A stretch of DNA of 64,000 bases from Flavobacteriales bacterium (lineage in GTDB: Bacteria > Bacteroidota > Bacteroidia > Flavobacteriales > Flavobacteriaceae). The DNA lies in assembly GCA_027023475.1 (NCBI GenBank), contig JALVVJ010000019.1, positions 1,459 to 65,458 of the forward strand. The letters are read 5' to 3'. The position numbers and the translations under genes are program-made. This document shows, piece by piece, positions 18,829 to 28,860 of the stretch (position 1 is its first letter; every line of letters begins with the position of its first letter). The notes below the pieces were generated by a model. The model was not told the origin of the DNA. It made no database searches and worked only from the letters and a program-made list of their open reading frames with translations.

Positions 18829-20220
18829 TTAATAATAAGACATTTTGGAGCCACGTTGTTTGCGTGCAAATCGTTTGGCATTGGCGCCCATAAAATCTTG
18901 CACACAACGGAAGCCCACATAACTACGTGCCGAATCGGCATACTCATAGGTACGCGTAGAAACCTGAATGAAGTATTTTACATCTTTCCACGAACCACCA
19001 CGTACCACTTTCCGCTTGTTAAACCAATCGTGTGTGGTAGGATTGAAGGTGGTTACATAAAGGTACGAATCCGGATTGTAGGACGAAGCCGTCCATTCAG
19101 CCACGTTACCGGACATATTATAAAGCCCGTAACCATTGGGGTTGTAGGATTTGGCCCGGGCGGTGAATACCGCTTGATCCGAACCGTAGTCGCCACGCAA
19201 GGGCTTGAAGTTGGCAAGGAAACAGGCCTTTTCGTTCATCGTGTAGGGCGACCCCCAAGGATAATCAGTTCCGGTACGTCCACCACGAGCAGCATATTCC
19301 CATTCGGCCTCGGTGGGCAGGCGGAAATGATGCAGCGTAGGCCGATGACGGCTACGCAAATACCAGTTCATTTTCTTAGTACGGTAGTCGGCAAATGCAT
19401 TGGCCTGGTACCAATTAACACCCACCACGGGATAATCGTTGTAGGCATCATGCCAAAAATACTCTTCGAGCATGGGCTCGTTGTAGGCATACATAAAGTC
19501 TTTTACCCACACGGTTGTATCGGGATATACCTGAATAATCGTGTCATGTTTGAAAGCCGATTTTTGTTTGCCGGCACGCACGGCGCTATTGAGGTCAATC
19601 CAAGAATAGCGATAAGTGAATTGTTTCACATCAAACAAGCGCTCGCCATCGGGGGTTTCTTTCAAAGGCAAATACAACGAATCAAATACTTCGGCATAAA
19701 ATTCGTCGGGAAATTTGTTGCGGTTGAAAATAATAGGCACCTTCCAATTAAGGCGTTTGCCCGCAGTTTCTTCATCTTCATAGGTCAACCCTCCGTACTT
19801 ATCAATCATGTAACGGTTATACGCATTACGGGCCGTATCCAACGAAAGATAGGCATAACGGGCAATACCTTTACGCCCTTCGATACCTTCTTCCTCCACC
19901 ATTTTGGCCAAACGGGTGCGAATAACCGAATCGCGGACATAATTGACAAATTCGCGGTATTCGGAATTGGTGATTTCGGTCTCATCCATATAAAAGGAAT
20001 GTACCGTTACGGTTTTGGCCGGAGCATCATTTGCATAGCCCTTATCCTCATTTTGTTTACCCATTATAAACGCTCCACCGGGCACAAGTACCATTCCGTA
20101 GGGTTGGTACGGATGCCAGGTCTTACCTCGTACTCCTACAATTTCCCCCCGTTGGTTGGGACTACCACAGGAGGCCAAAACCAAACCGGCGACCAATAAA
20201 ATAATTAGGACTCTCTTCAT
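18829..20220 (-). CDS. gldK: Gliding motility / T9SS lipoprotein GldK (PorK), FGE/SUMF1-like domain
   Basis: Trimmed to ATG 20220 (MKRVLIILLVAGLVLASCGS, a lipobox). VLVPGGAFIMG and RGGSWKD are FGE-sulfatase-type motifs. First gene of gldKLMN. Confidence 0.9.
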   Translation of the reverse strand: MKRVLIILLVAGLVLASCGSPNQRGEIVGVRGKTWHPYQPYGMVLVPGGAFIMGKQNEDKGYANDAPAKTVTVHSFYMDETEITNSEYREFVNYVRDSVIRTRLAKMVEEEGIEGRKGIARYAYLSLDTARNAYNRYMIDKYGGLTYEDEETAGKRLNWKVPIIFNRNKFPDEFYAEVFDSLYLPLKETPDGERLFDVKQFTYRYSWIDLNSAVRAGKQKSAFKHDTIIQVYPDTTVWVKDFMYAYNEPMLEEYFWHDAYNDYPVVGVNWYQANAFADYRTKKMNWYLRSRHRPTLHHFRLPTEAEWEYAARGGRTGTDYPWGSPYTMNEKACFLANFKPLRGDYGSDQAVFTARAKSYNPNGYGLYNMSGNVAEWTASSYNPDSYLYVTTFNPTTHDWFNKRKVVRGGSWKDVKYFIQVSTRTYEYADSARSYVGFRCVQDFMGANAKRFARKQRGSKMSYY

Positions 20221-20337
20221 GAGAAATTTATTTTTTTCTTGTAAAACAAACACATTTCGACTTGCCATTTTTCAGGGGTGCAATATATAATTTTTTTTTT
20301 ACATAGAAATTCATACCGGAATTTATTCTCTTGGATA

Positions 20338-21369
20338 TTACCAAAACTTTAACAATAAGTCCGTATTTCTTCCTTCGGAAACATCCAGGGCAACCCGTGT
20401 GGATACGGGAAGTAGCCGGGTTTCATCACCGGTATCCGGAACTTCAATCCACCACCGCCCGGTTTGTGGATTATGATATAAATAAGTCCGGTAATCGTGA
20501 ACATACACTTCCGTTTTTTCCAAATTTTGTATGGGTAATAACGGATAATCCTTGATTTTATTTTTTATTCCCTCAAAATAATGCCAAATGCCAATGGCCA
20601 CTGTTTCGCTATCAACAGGAAAGAATTCCTCCAATTTCGTATTTGCCATCATCATCACCCGGTTTACAGGAGACAAACCCGCGTAATAAAATATTGCAGC
20701 CCACTGCTTGATGTCCATCCCCGCCGGGTGAGGTAATACTTGGCTTCCCGTAACGCTCCGTGCCAAAACACGGTAATCCGCCCAAACCACCGCGGCATGG
20801 CGCACAACCACTTCGATTTGGTCGTTATCTATGTCGCGCAAATACCAAATATCCACCTTGGGGTAGGATGCCAATTTCCGGTAATCGGATTGCACCAAAT
20901 AATGTTGCACGCCTGCAAAAATGATTTTGTCAAATTTGAGGTTGGAAATAACCTTGGATAAAAGCGGAAAATTCTGCGTTTTAATGCTTGGTAAAAAAAA
21001 TGTTAATTGTTTCAAAGCATCAAACGTGGATGACAGTCCCGTCTCGCTCCCTTGTAATCCATAAATCAAAAGACGGGCTTCGGGATATTGTTTTTGTAAA
21101 AAACCAATGAGTTTTCGCAATCCCACACCCATATCATTATCAATAAAAATACCCAAATGTGCTATCGGATTTTTGCCGGCTACATCCCAAACCAAATCCC
21201 GCAGGGCTTGACAAACAGGATTATCCGTAATACCCGTGTGATTGTCCGTGACACCAAACATCAACAGCTTAGCCCGCCGGACATCGGGGAAAGAACCGGG
21301 CAAATGCCAATCGATGGCGTGCTTTTGCAAACCCGGAATATTTACCGGCAAAAAGACTTCTTCCAACAC
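20338..21369 (-). CDS. Hypothetical protein, possibly a degenerate arginase/formiminoglutamase-fold protein
   Basis: 343-aa ORF with a GTG start, 5 nt after the topA stop. The layout LLMFGVTDNHTG...HLGIFIDNDMG loosely recalls ureohydrolase N-terminal motifs, but the canonical Mn-binding DAHxD / GGDH motifs are not evident. Confidence 0.55.
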   Translation of the reverse strand: MLEEVFLPVNIPGLQKHAIDWHLPGSFPDVRRAKLLMFGVTDNHTGITDNPVCQALRDLVWDVAGKNPIAHLGIFIDNDMGVGLRKLIGFLQKQYPEARLLIYGLQGSETGLSSTFDALKQLTFFLPSIKTQNFPLLSKVISNLKFDKIIFAGVQHYLVQSDYRKLASYPKVDIWYLRDIDNDQIEVVVRHAAVVWADYRVLARSVTGSQVLPHPAGMDIKQWAAIFYYAGLSPVNRVMMMANTKLEEFFPVDSETVAIGIWHYFEGIKNKIKDYPLLPIQNLEKTEVYVHDYRTYLYHNPQTGRWWIEVPDTGDETRLLPVSTRVALDVSEGRNTDLLLKFW

Positions 21370-21374
21370 GACGA

Positions 21375-23792
21375 TTATTTGAACAAAGATTGGATTTGTT
21401 CCAAGGTGATTTTTTCGGGATCGGTATCCCGGGGCAACATTTTGCGTTTACCATCGGGCGTGTAGGCATAGAGCCGGCCGTAACCGCCTTTGCGCACCGT
21501 ATATCCTCCTTCGAATGTGCGCAGGGTATTCTTTTTATCCTTTTCTTCTTTGGCTTTGATCAGCTCGCGTATATCCTCTTCGGTCAAGGAGGCGGGGTCG
21601 GTATTACGCGGCAAGGGTATGTTCATATTATTCCACTTCAAATAACGCCCATAGCGCCCCGAAGCCGCCACCACGGGATGGCCGTCGATTTCGGCCAAGG
21701 GTTTGTCGGCCTGTTGTTTTTGCATCACAACCGCCCGTGCATCTTCGTCAGTCATTTGAAGTACGTCCATATGTTTGGGGACATTATAAAACTTACCTTT
21801 ATATCGAATATAAGGCCCGTACTTTCCTATGCCCAGCACCATATCTTCTCCCTCCAATTGTCCCACCACTTTGGGCAAGGCCAACAAAGCCACCGCTTGT
21901 TCCAACGTAACATCCATCAAACTCATGCCGGGCAACAAGGACGCATATTTGGGTTTCTTTCCTTGCAAACTTTCGCCCATCTGAATCATAGGTCCGTATG
22001 GACCGAATTTTGCATAAATTTTCTCGCCCGTTTCGGGATGGGTGCCCAAAAAGCGTTCGCCCTTGGCCCGTTTGCTCTCGGTTTCCACCTTGGCCACCAC
22101 CGGCGCAAAGGCCTCATAGAAAACACGTATGGGCTCGTGCCAATCCTTTTCGCCGCGTGCCACCTTGTCAAACTCCTCCTCCACGTTGGCTGTGAATTGA
22201 TAATCCAAAATATCGGCAAAATGCTCGGTGAGAAAATCCGTTACGATAAATCCCATATCCGTAGGAAGCAATTTATTTTTCTCGGCACCATAACGCTCCT
22301 TGCTCTTTTGTTCGCTAATATTACCACCCTGCAAAGTAATTTGCAAAACGCTACGCGTTTTGGCAGGCACGGTTTTACGTTCCACATAACCGCGGCGTTG
22401 TATGGTGGAAATAATAGGTGCATAGGTCGAAGGGCGGCCGATACCCAATTCTTCCAATTTACGCACCAAAGATGCCTCGGTATAACGCACCGGCGGACGA
22501 CTGTATTTTTGAACGGCCGACAACAAAACGGGCGATAATGGTTCGCCTTTTTTTACTTTGAAAATTTGTTGCTCTTCGTCGGCATCTTCGGTCTTATATA
22601 ATTTCATAAAACCGTCGAACAGGACAACCTTGCCCTTGGCCTTAAAAAGCGCTTTGTCTTTATTGTTAGTAATACTTACGGTGGTATATTCCAATTCCGC
22701 GGGTTTCATTTGCGATGCCAAGGTACGTTTCCATATCAACTGATATAGTTTCAAGGCATCGCGGTCCAATGCGGGCGCCTCATTCTCAAACGAAGTGGGA
22801 CGAATGGCCTCATGCGCTTCCTGAGCGTTTTTGGATTTGGTTTTGTATTGGAACGGGCGGGAATATTCCTTACCGAATTTGGCAATAACCGCTTGCTTGG
22901 CTTTGGCCAATGCCTCGTCCGACAGGTGAACGCTATCGGTTCGCATATAGGTAATCAACCCGTTTTCGTACAAATACTGTGCAATTTGCATGGTTTTGCT
23001 CACACTGAACCCGTAAATACGTGATGCCTCCTGCTGCAAAGTGGATGTGGTAAAGGGCGGTGGTGGTGTTTTTTTGCCGGGTTTTTTCTCAATGGAACTA
23101 ACGACAAAATCCGCATCTTTGATTTTTTCGAAATATGCTTTTACGTCTTTGTCCGTCTTGAATTCCTTCTCTAAACCGGCTTGAATCTTTTCGCCCGAAT
23201 CCTTGGCAAATTCCCCCGACACACGAAAGGCATAATTCGACTTGAAAGCACGTATTTCCTTTTCGCGTTCCACAATCAACCGCACCGCTACCGATTGCAC
23301 CCGGCCGGCAGACAAACCGCGCTTGACTTTTTTCCAAAGCACCGGCGAGAGTTTGTAACCCACCAAACGGTCCAACACGCGACGGGCTTGCTGGGCATTG
23401 ACCAAATTTTGGTTAATGTCTCTGGGCGAACGTACCGCCTCGGTAATCGCTTTTTTGGTGATTTCGTGAAAAACGATTCGCTTGGCCTTATCGCCCAATT
23501 TCAGAAAATTCTTCAAATGCCAGGCAATGGCTTCCCCTTCACGGTCTTCATCACTGGCAAGCAACACCTGGTCGGACTTTGCCACCAATTGTTTGAGTTG
23601 ATTTACGACCTTTTTCTTATCCTTGGGAATAATATATTGTGGTTCGAAACTCTTCAAATCCACTCCCATCCTGTCCTCGGGCAAATCGGCAATGTGTCCG
23701 TAGGACGATGCCACATCATAATCCTTACCCAAATATTTTTTTATGGTCTTGGCCTTGGAAGGCGACTCGACAATCAGTAATTTTTTGGCCAT
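21375..23792 (-). CDS. topA: DNA topoisomerase I
   Basis: TOPRIM N-terminus MAKKLLIVESPSKAKTIKKYLG, the active-site region GLITYMRTDS, 805 aa with C-terminal repeats. Confidence 0.95.
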   Translation of the reverse strand: MAKKLLIVESPSKAKTIKKYLGKDYDVASSYGHIADLPEDRMGVDLKSFEPQYIIPKDKKKVVNQLKQLVAKSDQVLLASDEDREGEAIAWHLKNFLKLGDKAKRIVFHEITKKAITEAVRSPRDINQNLVNAQQARRVLDRLVGYKLSPVLWKKVKRGLSAGRVQSVAVRLIVEREKEIRAFKSNYAFRVSGEFAKDSGEKIQAGLEKEFKTDKDVKAYFEKIKDADFVVSSIEKKPGKKTPPPPFTTSTLQQEASRIYGFSVSKTMQIAQYLYENGLITYMRTDSVHLSDEALAKAKQAVIAKFGKEYSRPFQYKTKSKNAQEAHEAIRPTSFENEAPALDRDALKLYQLIWKRTLASQMKPAELEYTTVSITNNKDKALFKAKGKVVLFDGFMKLYKTEDADEEQQIFKVKKGEPLSPVLLSAVQKYSRPPVRYTEASLVRKLEELGIGRPSTYAPIISTIQRRGYVERKTVPAKTRSVLQITLQGGNISEQKSKERYGAEKNKLLPTDMGFIVTDFLTEHFADILDYQFTANVEEEFDKVARGEKDWHEPIRVFYEAFAPVVAKVETESKRAKGERFLGTHPETGEKIYAKFGPYGPMIQMGESLQGKKPKYASLLPGMSLMDVTLEQAVALLALPKVVGQLEGEDMVLGIGKYGPYIRYKGKFYNVPKHMDVLQMTDEDARAVVMQKQQADKPLAEIDGHPVVAASGRYGRYLKWNNMNIPLPRNTDPASLTEEDIRELIKAKEEKDKKNTLRTFEGGYTVRKGGYGRLYAYTPDGKRKMLPRDTDPEKITLEQIQSLFK

Positions 23793-23826
23793 AATAATCC
23801 TCTGAAATTAATAAACGGGTATATAA

Positions 23827-23858
23827 GGAAAAAACCGAGCTTTTTGCAAAGCCCGGTT
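23827..23858 (-). terminator. Intrinsic terminator after gldJ
   Basis: Minus strand reads AACCGGGCTTT-GCAA-AAAGCTCGGTT followed by a T run. One stem position is G.U on the minus-strand RNA but A.C on the plus strand, which fits the minus orientation. Confidence 0.6.
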
Positions 23859-23873
23859 CATTGGTTTCAAATA

Positions 23874-25535
23874 TTAGTGAGCCGGTCTGCGGTACGACTT
23901 GGCAATGGTCTTGCGGCCGAAACGCGACATGGCGCAACGGAAACCGATGTCGTTGGTGGAAAGATATTGCGGCAAGAACCGGCGCTTGGAAGGTTGCAAC
24001 CAGTAGGCACGGTCTTTCCACGAACCGCCTTTGTAAACACGCACTTCATTATCAATCAATGTGGTACGGTTATTGGTACGGTCAAACTCACGCACCATTT
24101 TCCATTGTCCGTCAATCGAGTCCATGTAAATGCGATGAACCGGCGCATTGTACATACGTTTTTTATCATCACCGGCAAGCGTGGTGGAATCTTCGGTAAA
24201 GTAACGCGACGATTGAATATCGCCGTCCATATAGTCGCGATTGTCGGCGCGGAAAAAGTTTTGACGCAGGTACAATTCTTTTTCATCAACCAATTTGGTG
24301 GCCGGAGCGCCGGGCAAAGCTTTGTAAACAATCTTACCGTTCGACAAGGTGTCAAAAGGTATGCTGTCGGGCGTAATGACCACCAGGTTACCATCGGCAT
24401 CAAATGCTTTTTTGGTATAAATATTACCACGGAAATAGTTGAAATCACTTTGTTGGTCGTCAATGATAGGACGGTAAACATCGGCCACCCATTCGTTTAC
24501 GTTTCCGGCCATGTCATAAAGCCCGAAGTCATTGGGCGGATAGGTTTTTACCGGCGCAGTAATATCCGCCGCATCGTCCGACCAACCGGCTAATCCGCTG
24601 TAATCACCGTCCGACATTTTGAAATTGGCCAATTCCTTACCGCGATTACGTCCACGCCCCAAATAACGCGTAGCCGTACCTTTCCAGGGATACAAATTGC
24701 GGTTTTCCAGGCGGTTGTAAGAACGGTTACCAATATCGGCCTTGGCGGCATATTCCCATTCGGCTTCGGTAGGGAGACGGTATTTGGGATAAATGATTCC
24801 GGTAGAAATATTAGCCACATCCAAACGTTCTTCTCGTCCGTCTTTGGTACGAACTTTCCGCACCGGGATGTATTCGGTATTTCCGCCAAAAACACTTCCC
24901 GGATCGGTCAGATAGGTTTGTGTATTGAAGGTTCCGTCGGCCGATTCGTTGTAAATGGCATCACGTTTCAGTTTTCCGCTACGAATCAGACGCATTTCAT
25001 TTACCCGGTCGGTACGCCAATTGGCATATTGAACCGCTTGCACCCAATTGACTCCCACCACCGGATATTCGGCATAGGCCGGATGGCGTAAATAATTCAC
25101 CACCAAATCTTCCGAATAACTCAACGGCGAACGCCATACCAAAGTGTCGGGCAAAGCGCCTTGATAAATTTGACGGAATTTGGGATCATCCTGCGGAAAA
25201 ACACGTTTCAACCAATCCAAATATTCCAAATACATCATATTGGTTACCTCGGTCTCGTCCATATAAAACGACTGGATATGCATTTCGCGCGGCATGGAAT
25301 TCCACTCGTGCATAATATCATCGCCGCGGTCGCCCATCGTAAAGGTTCCCCCTTCAACAAACACAAGTCCCGGAGCAAATCCTTGATCCTGAAAATGCGT
25401 GTTATACTGAAAACCTCCGCGCGGGTCGTTGATGGGCATTCCCGTAGCACGGGAAACATTTTTGTTGGAGCAGGCATGCAATCCCGCAAGCAACAATCCG
25501 AGGCCCAAAACTTTAATGAAACCGGTATATTTCAT
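23874..25535 (-). CDS. gldJ: Gliding motility lipoprotein GldJ
   Basis: Trimmed to ATG 25535 (MKYTGFIKVLGLGLLLAGLHAC, a lipobox). It has a GldK-paralogous FGE/SUMF1-like domain (VFVEGGTFTMG, YKGGSWKDR). A TATATTTG box lies 36 nt upstream. Confidence 0.9.
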   Translation of the reverse strand: MKYTGFIKVLGLGLLLAGLHACSNKNVSRATGMPINDPRGGFQYNTHFQDQGFAPGLVFVEGGTFTMGDRGDDIMHEWNSMPREMHIQSFYMDETEVTNMMYLEYLDWLKRVFPQDDPKFRQIYQGALPDTLVWRSPLSYSEDLVVNYLRHPAYAEYPVVGVNWVQAVQYANWRTDRVNEMRLIRSGKLKRDAIYNESADGTFNTQTYLTDPGSVFGGNTEYIPVRKVRTKDGREERLDVANISTGIIYPKYRLPTEAEWEYAAKADIGNRSYNRLENRNLYPWKGTATRYLGRGRNRGKELANFKMSDGDYSGLAGWSDDAADITAPVKTYPPNDFGLYDMAGNVNEWVADVYRPIIDDQQSDFNYFRGNIYTKKAFDADGNLVVITPDSIPFDTLSNGKIVYKALPGAPATKLVDEKELYLRQNFFRADNRDYMDGDIQSSRYFTEDSTTLAGDDKKRMYNAPVHRIYMDSIDGQWKMVREFDRTNNRTTLIDNEVRVYKGGSWKDRAYWLQPSKRRFLPQYLSTNDIGFRCAMSRFGRKTIAKSYRRPAH

Positions 25536-25571
25536 AATGTATAGATATATTTTTGTCTTTTTTTCCGTGTG

Positions 25572-25579
25572 CAAATATA
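25572..25579 (-). promoter_or_regulatory. Candidate Bacteroidota -7 promoter box (TATATTTG) for gldJ
   Basis: Plus-strand CAAATATA is minus-strand TATATTTG, matching the TAnnTTTG consensus described for Bacteroidota sigma-A promoters. No clear -33 TTTG was seen. Confidence 0.45.
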
Positions 25580-25642
25580 TGTATTTTTTATATACACCTC
25601 CGAAAGCCCTAAAATCCTTTTTTCGGAACATTAACGAAAAAA

Positions 25643-26917
25643 TCACTTCCTTATTGCATCAATAGGGTGCAACCGCGACGCTTGCCAAGCAGGGAAAAAC
25701 CCCGCCACCACACCTGTGAGCGCCGAAATCAACAGGCCCTTCAAAATCTGCGACTGGCGGTAAACCAGCACAAAATCCGATGCCTGCGCATTAAATACTT
25801 TCACAATCAACAACACGAAAACCAAACCCAAAAGTCCGCCCACCAAAGCCAAAATAACAGCTTCGAGCAAAAATTCCGACAAAATAAATCCCCGCTTGGC
25901 TCCCAAGGCCTTTTGAATACCGATTTCCCGTGTGCGCTCCTTGACCGACACAAACATTATATTGGCAATGCCAAAGGCCCCTACCAAAAGCGAAAATCCA
26001 CCCAGAATCCATCCGGCCAAAGTAAGCGCCCGCATACTTTGCTTGACCATATCTTTCAAAAAATCAATATTGTTGATATAAAAATTACTTTTTTCGCCCG
26101 GTTTAAGTTTCCGGAAATTACGCAGCAATACCTCAATGCGGGCCTTCAAAGCATCCAAAACATCCTCCGAGGCCGGCTTGACCATAATGGTGGTGTAAAA
26201 ACGCCGCTGTCCGCCCGGAACCAATTTTCGCAAAGTCAAATAAGGAACATAAACGGTATTATTTGCCGGGTTGATGGTTACCATCCCGCCTTCTTTCCTG
26301 AAAACACCGATAACTTTGATTTTCTTCCCGCCGATTTGAATGTATTTACCCAAAGGATTTTCTCCCCCGAACAAGGCATCGGCCACATCCCAACCCACCA
26401 CCGCCACCGGCAGACCCTTTTCCCGTTCCAAGGCATTGTAAAACCGCCCCTTGTCCAAATCGAAACTCATAATGCGAAAAATATTCCCTGCATCACCATA
26501 CAAGGATGCCCTTACCTTTTCTTTTCCGTATTTGACGGCCATGCCCGGCACCACCATCCTGAAATTCAATTCATCGTAAAGCGACGAATCCAATTTGCGC
26601 TGCAAAAACCTGTATTCATCGTAGGACGGCTTGCGCATCCGCCTGATTTTGGCCCAGGGCTGATTGCCCATATTTTTATAATCGAACCTATCAATATATA
26701 AGGTATTATTCCCGAATTTCCGAAGCGAATGAATCAAATAGTTTTGCAACGAATCCACGCCCACCAAAATACTTACCACCGAAAAAATCCCGATACTCAC
26801 CCCCAAAAGCGATAGCGAAGTGCGTAGCAAATTGATTTTCAACGTGCGACCCGTCAGCCGGATAACTTCACGAAAACCGTCCCAACGCAGACCTAAATAT
26901 TTCAGGAAGTTGTTCAT
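25643..26917 (-). CDS. ABC transporter permease (FtsX/MacB-like)
   Basis: Trimmed to ATG 26917 (MNNFLKYLG...). It has an N-terminal TM, a large periplasmic domain, and a C-terminal FtsX-type 3-TM bundle (GIQKALGAKRGFILSEFLLEA). Confidence 0.8.
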   Translation of the reverse strand: MNNFLKYLGLRWDGFREVIRLTGRTLKINLLRTSLSLLGVSIGIFSVVSILVGVDSLQNYLIHSLRKFGNNTLYIDRFDYKNMGNQPWAKIRRMRKPSYDEYRFLQRKLDSSLYDELNFRMVVPGMAVKYGKEKVRASLYGDAGNIFRIMSFDLDKGRFYNALEREKGLPVAVVGWDVADALFGGENPLGKYIQIGGKKIKVIGVFRKEGGMVTINPANNTVYVPYLTLRKLVPGGQRRFYTTIMVKPASEDVLDALKARIEVLLRNFRKLKPGEKSNFYINNIDFLKDMVKQSMRALTLAGWILGGFSLLVGAFGIANIMFVSVKERTREIGIQKALGAKRGFILSEFLLEAVILALVGGLLGLVFVLLIVKVFNAQASDFVLVYRQSQILKGLLISALTGVVAGFFPAWQASRLHPIDAIRK

Positions 26918-27007
26918 CCGCCACACTTTTTTCAGCACACAATTTAGCAAAAATATCCTCCCCTCTCCTACCGAAGATTTCAAACGTCGTCCGTTTATCC
27001 TTTTTTA

Positions 27008-27250
27008 TTTTTTTTGGGCGTGTCCCTCGCGCCCTTCGGGCGCTCGGGAAACCGGCCCTCCGCTACAATGGGAACGCCTTCGGGCTGCGCCCTCCGGCTC
27101 TCGGACGGGCGGTGTTTTTTGCGCGGGCTGCGTCTGCGACTTGCCCGCGCCCGCCCGTGCGTGGGGCTTCCACAGGTCGCCTCCGCCGGGCGGAAAAAAC
27201 TACCACCGCCCTTCGCCCCATTACCGCTCGGTCCGGCACGCGGAAAAACT
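27008..27250 (-). repeat. Family-A repeat, divergent copy A2
   Basis: Its reverse complement contains the family core TTTTCCGCCCGGCGGAGGCGACCTGTGGAAGCCCCACGCACGGGCGGGCGCGGGCAAGTCGCAGACGCAGCCCGCGCAAAAAA and ends in an A run. Both flanking parts diverge from the other copies. Confidence 0.75.
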
Positions 27251-27332
27251 CCATAATCCGTATATCTCAACTATGACTTCAACCAAAGGGCTGAACAAAA
27301 AAAATTTCTAAATTGCTAGAAATTCCAAACCT

Positions 27333-28529
27333 ATGTTTTCACGTTATCTGTACCTTTCCTTCATTCTCTTCACATTTAATAGCCACACCCTAAGCGCTCA
27401 ACCCAAAGCCGCGTTGGATTCCGCAAACCGCTTGGTGGAACAGCACAAATATTTTTCGGCCTTTCAACTTCTGCGCAAAGCCGACCCGAACGATACCATC
27501 CCCGATTTTGTATTGGCCAAAGAAAACCTTCTGCTTAGGTATTTCGCCCAAAGTATAATGCACCGCTTATTCGGCCTTGTCGATTTATCCCCCGATCAAA
27601 AAGTAGAAGAAATTCGTGGAAAAAACGGAAGCTACACAATGGTAAATATGGACATCGATTCGGTGCTCATCAACTTGACACAAAAATACCCCGGCGACTA
27701 CCGGCTGCACAAAGGTTTGGGCGATTTCTATCGCGAAGTGGAACTGCATTATGGTAACAACTGGTTTATCCCGACCGAACAATTGACAAACAAAGCCATA
27801 ACCCATTACGAAAAAGCACTGAAACTCAACCCCGGCGCCAAAGAAATTTATCCGCTTTTGGGAGAACTCTATCTTCAAAGCGGCCGGCTGGAAAAAGCCG
27901 CAACCACATTACAAAAAGCAGTACAATCGGTCCCCGACAATGGCGATGCACATTACAATCTGGCAGGTGCGTACATACAACTAAACCTACCCGCCAAAGC
28001 ATTGTCCGAAGCCCGAAAAGCTCTTGAAATCTACAATGATTCATCTTGGATCGCCGATACCTATTATATTATTGTACTGGCTCATCAGGCGCTGAAACAT
28101 TCCGACAAGGCACTGGAAGCCATGCACAAAGCCGTGGATTTTATGCCTGGAAATATCTTTTACCGGCTTCGATATGTGGAAATGACTATGGAACTAAAAA
28201 TCCCCGCTTACAAATCCGAAACGCAAAAAATCATCCGCCAATATCCCGACGATCCAAGGGTTTACAACAGTTTGGCCCAAATTTATGGGAAGGCGAATAA
28301 AACGGACGAACTTATCAATATCTTACGACATCAAGCAAAAGATTTCAAAAAATCATCCGAAGCGTTTGCTACAATTAATGTATTTTTAGCACAATTATTA
28401 CTCGACCAAAATCCCGGCGAAGCCCGTAAATATTTGATAGAAGCCAAATCCACCTTTCAAAAACTAAAACCGCTCAATCAACAAGCTCTCGATTATATTG
28501 ACAGTTTGCTGAAACATTTGGAAAAATAA
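27333..28529 (+). CDS. Tetratricopeptide (TPR) repeat protein, secreted
   Basis: Signal-like N-terminus and repeated A/Y/L TPR pattern (e.g. AHYNLAGAYIQLNLPAKALSEARKALEI). Confidence 0.7.
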   Translation: MFSRYLYLSFILFTFNSHTLSAQPKAALDSANRLVEQHKYFSAFQLLRKADPNDTIPDFVLAKENLLLRYFAQSIMHRLFGLVDLSPDQKVEEIRGKNGSYTMVNMDIDSVLINLTQKYPGDYRLHKGLGDFYREVELHYGNNWFIPTEQLTNKAITHYEKALKLNPGAKEIYPLLGELYLQSGRLEKAATTLQKAVQSVPDNGDAHYNLAGAYIQLNLPAKALSEARKALEIYNDSSWIADTYYIIVLAHQALKHSDKALEAMHKAVDFMPGNIFYRLRYVEMTMELKIPAYKSETQKIIRQYPDDPRVYNSLAQIYGKANKTDELINILRHQAKDFKKSSEAFATINVFLAQLLLDQNPGEARKYLIEAKSTFQKLKPLNQQALDYIDSLLKHLEK

Positions 28530-28554
28530 AAAAACCGCCCCCTTCCGGGAGCGG
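28528..28554 (-). terminator. Intrinsic terminator after rpmA
   Basis: Minus strand reads CCGCTCCC-GGAA-GGGGGCGG followed by TTTTTTT. One stem position is a G.U wobble valid only on the minus-strand RNA. Confidence 0.7.
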
Positions 28555-28579
28555 CCATATTCCGTAAGCATTTTTTCGT

Positions 28580-28843
28580 TTAAGCTTCGGTTTGCGGAAC
28601 GATATGAATATATTTTCGTCCGCCCCGTTTGGTTTCGAACCGGACCACACCGTCAATGGCCGCATGAATCGTGTGATCCTTGCCCATATAGGTGTTTTTG
28701 CCCGGATGAAATTTGGTGCCGCGCTGACGCACGATAATGTTTCCGGCAATGGCTTTCTGCCCGCCGTATATCTTGACGCCCAGCCGCTTACTTTCCGACT
28801 CGCGTCCGTTCTTGGAACTACCTACACCTTTCTTATGTGCCAT
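28580..28843 (-). CDS. rpmA: 50S ribosomal protein L27
   Basis: [24 protein letters not shown] is a canonical L27 N-terminus. Confidence 0.95.
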   Translation of the reverse strand: MAHKKGVGSSKNGRESESKRLGVKIYGGQKAIAGNIIVRQRGTKFHPGKNTYMGKDHTIHAAIDGVVRFETKRGGRKYIHIVPQTEA

Positions 28844-28860
28844 AATCTTAAATTTTCAAA

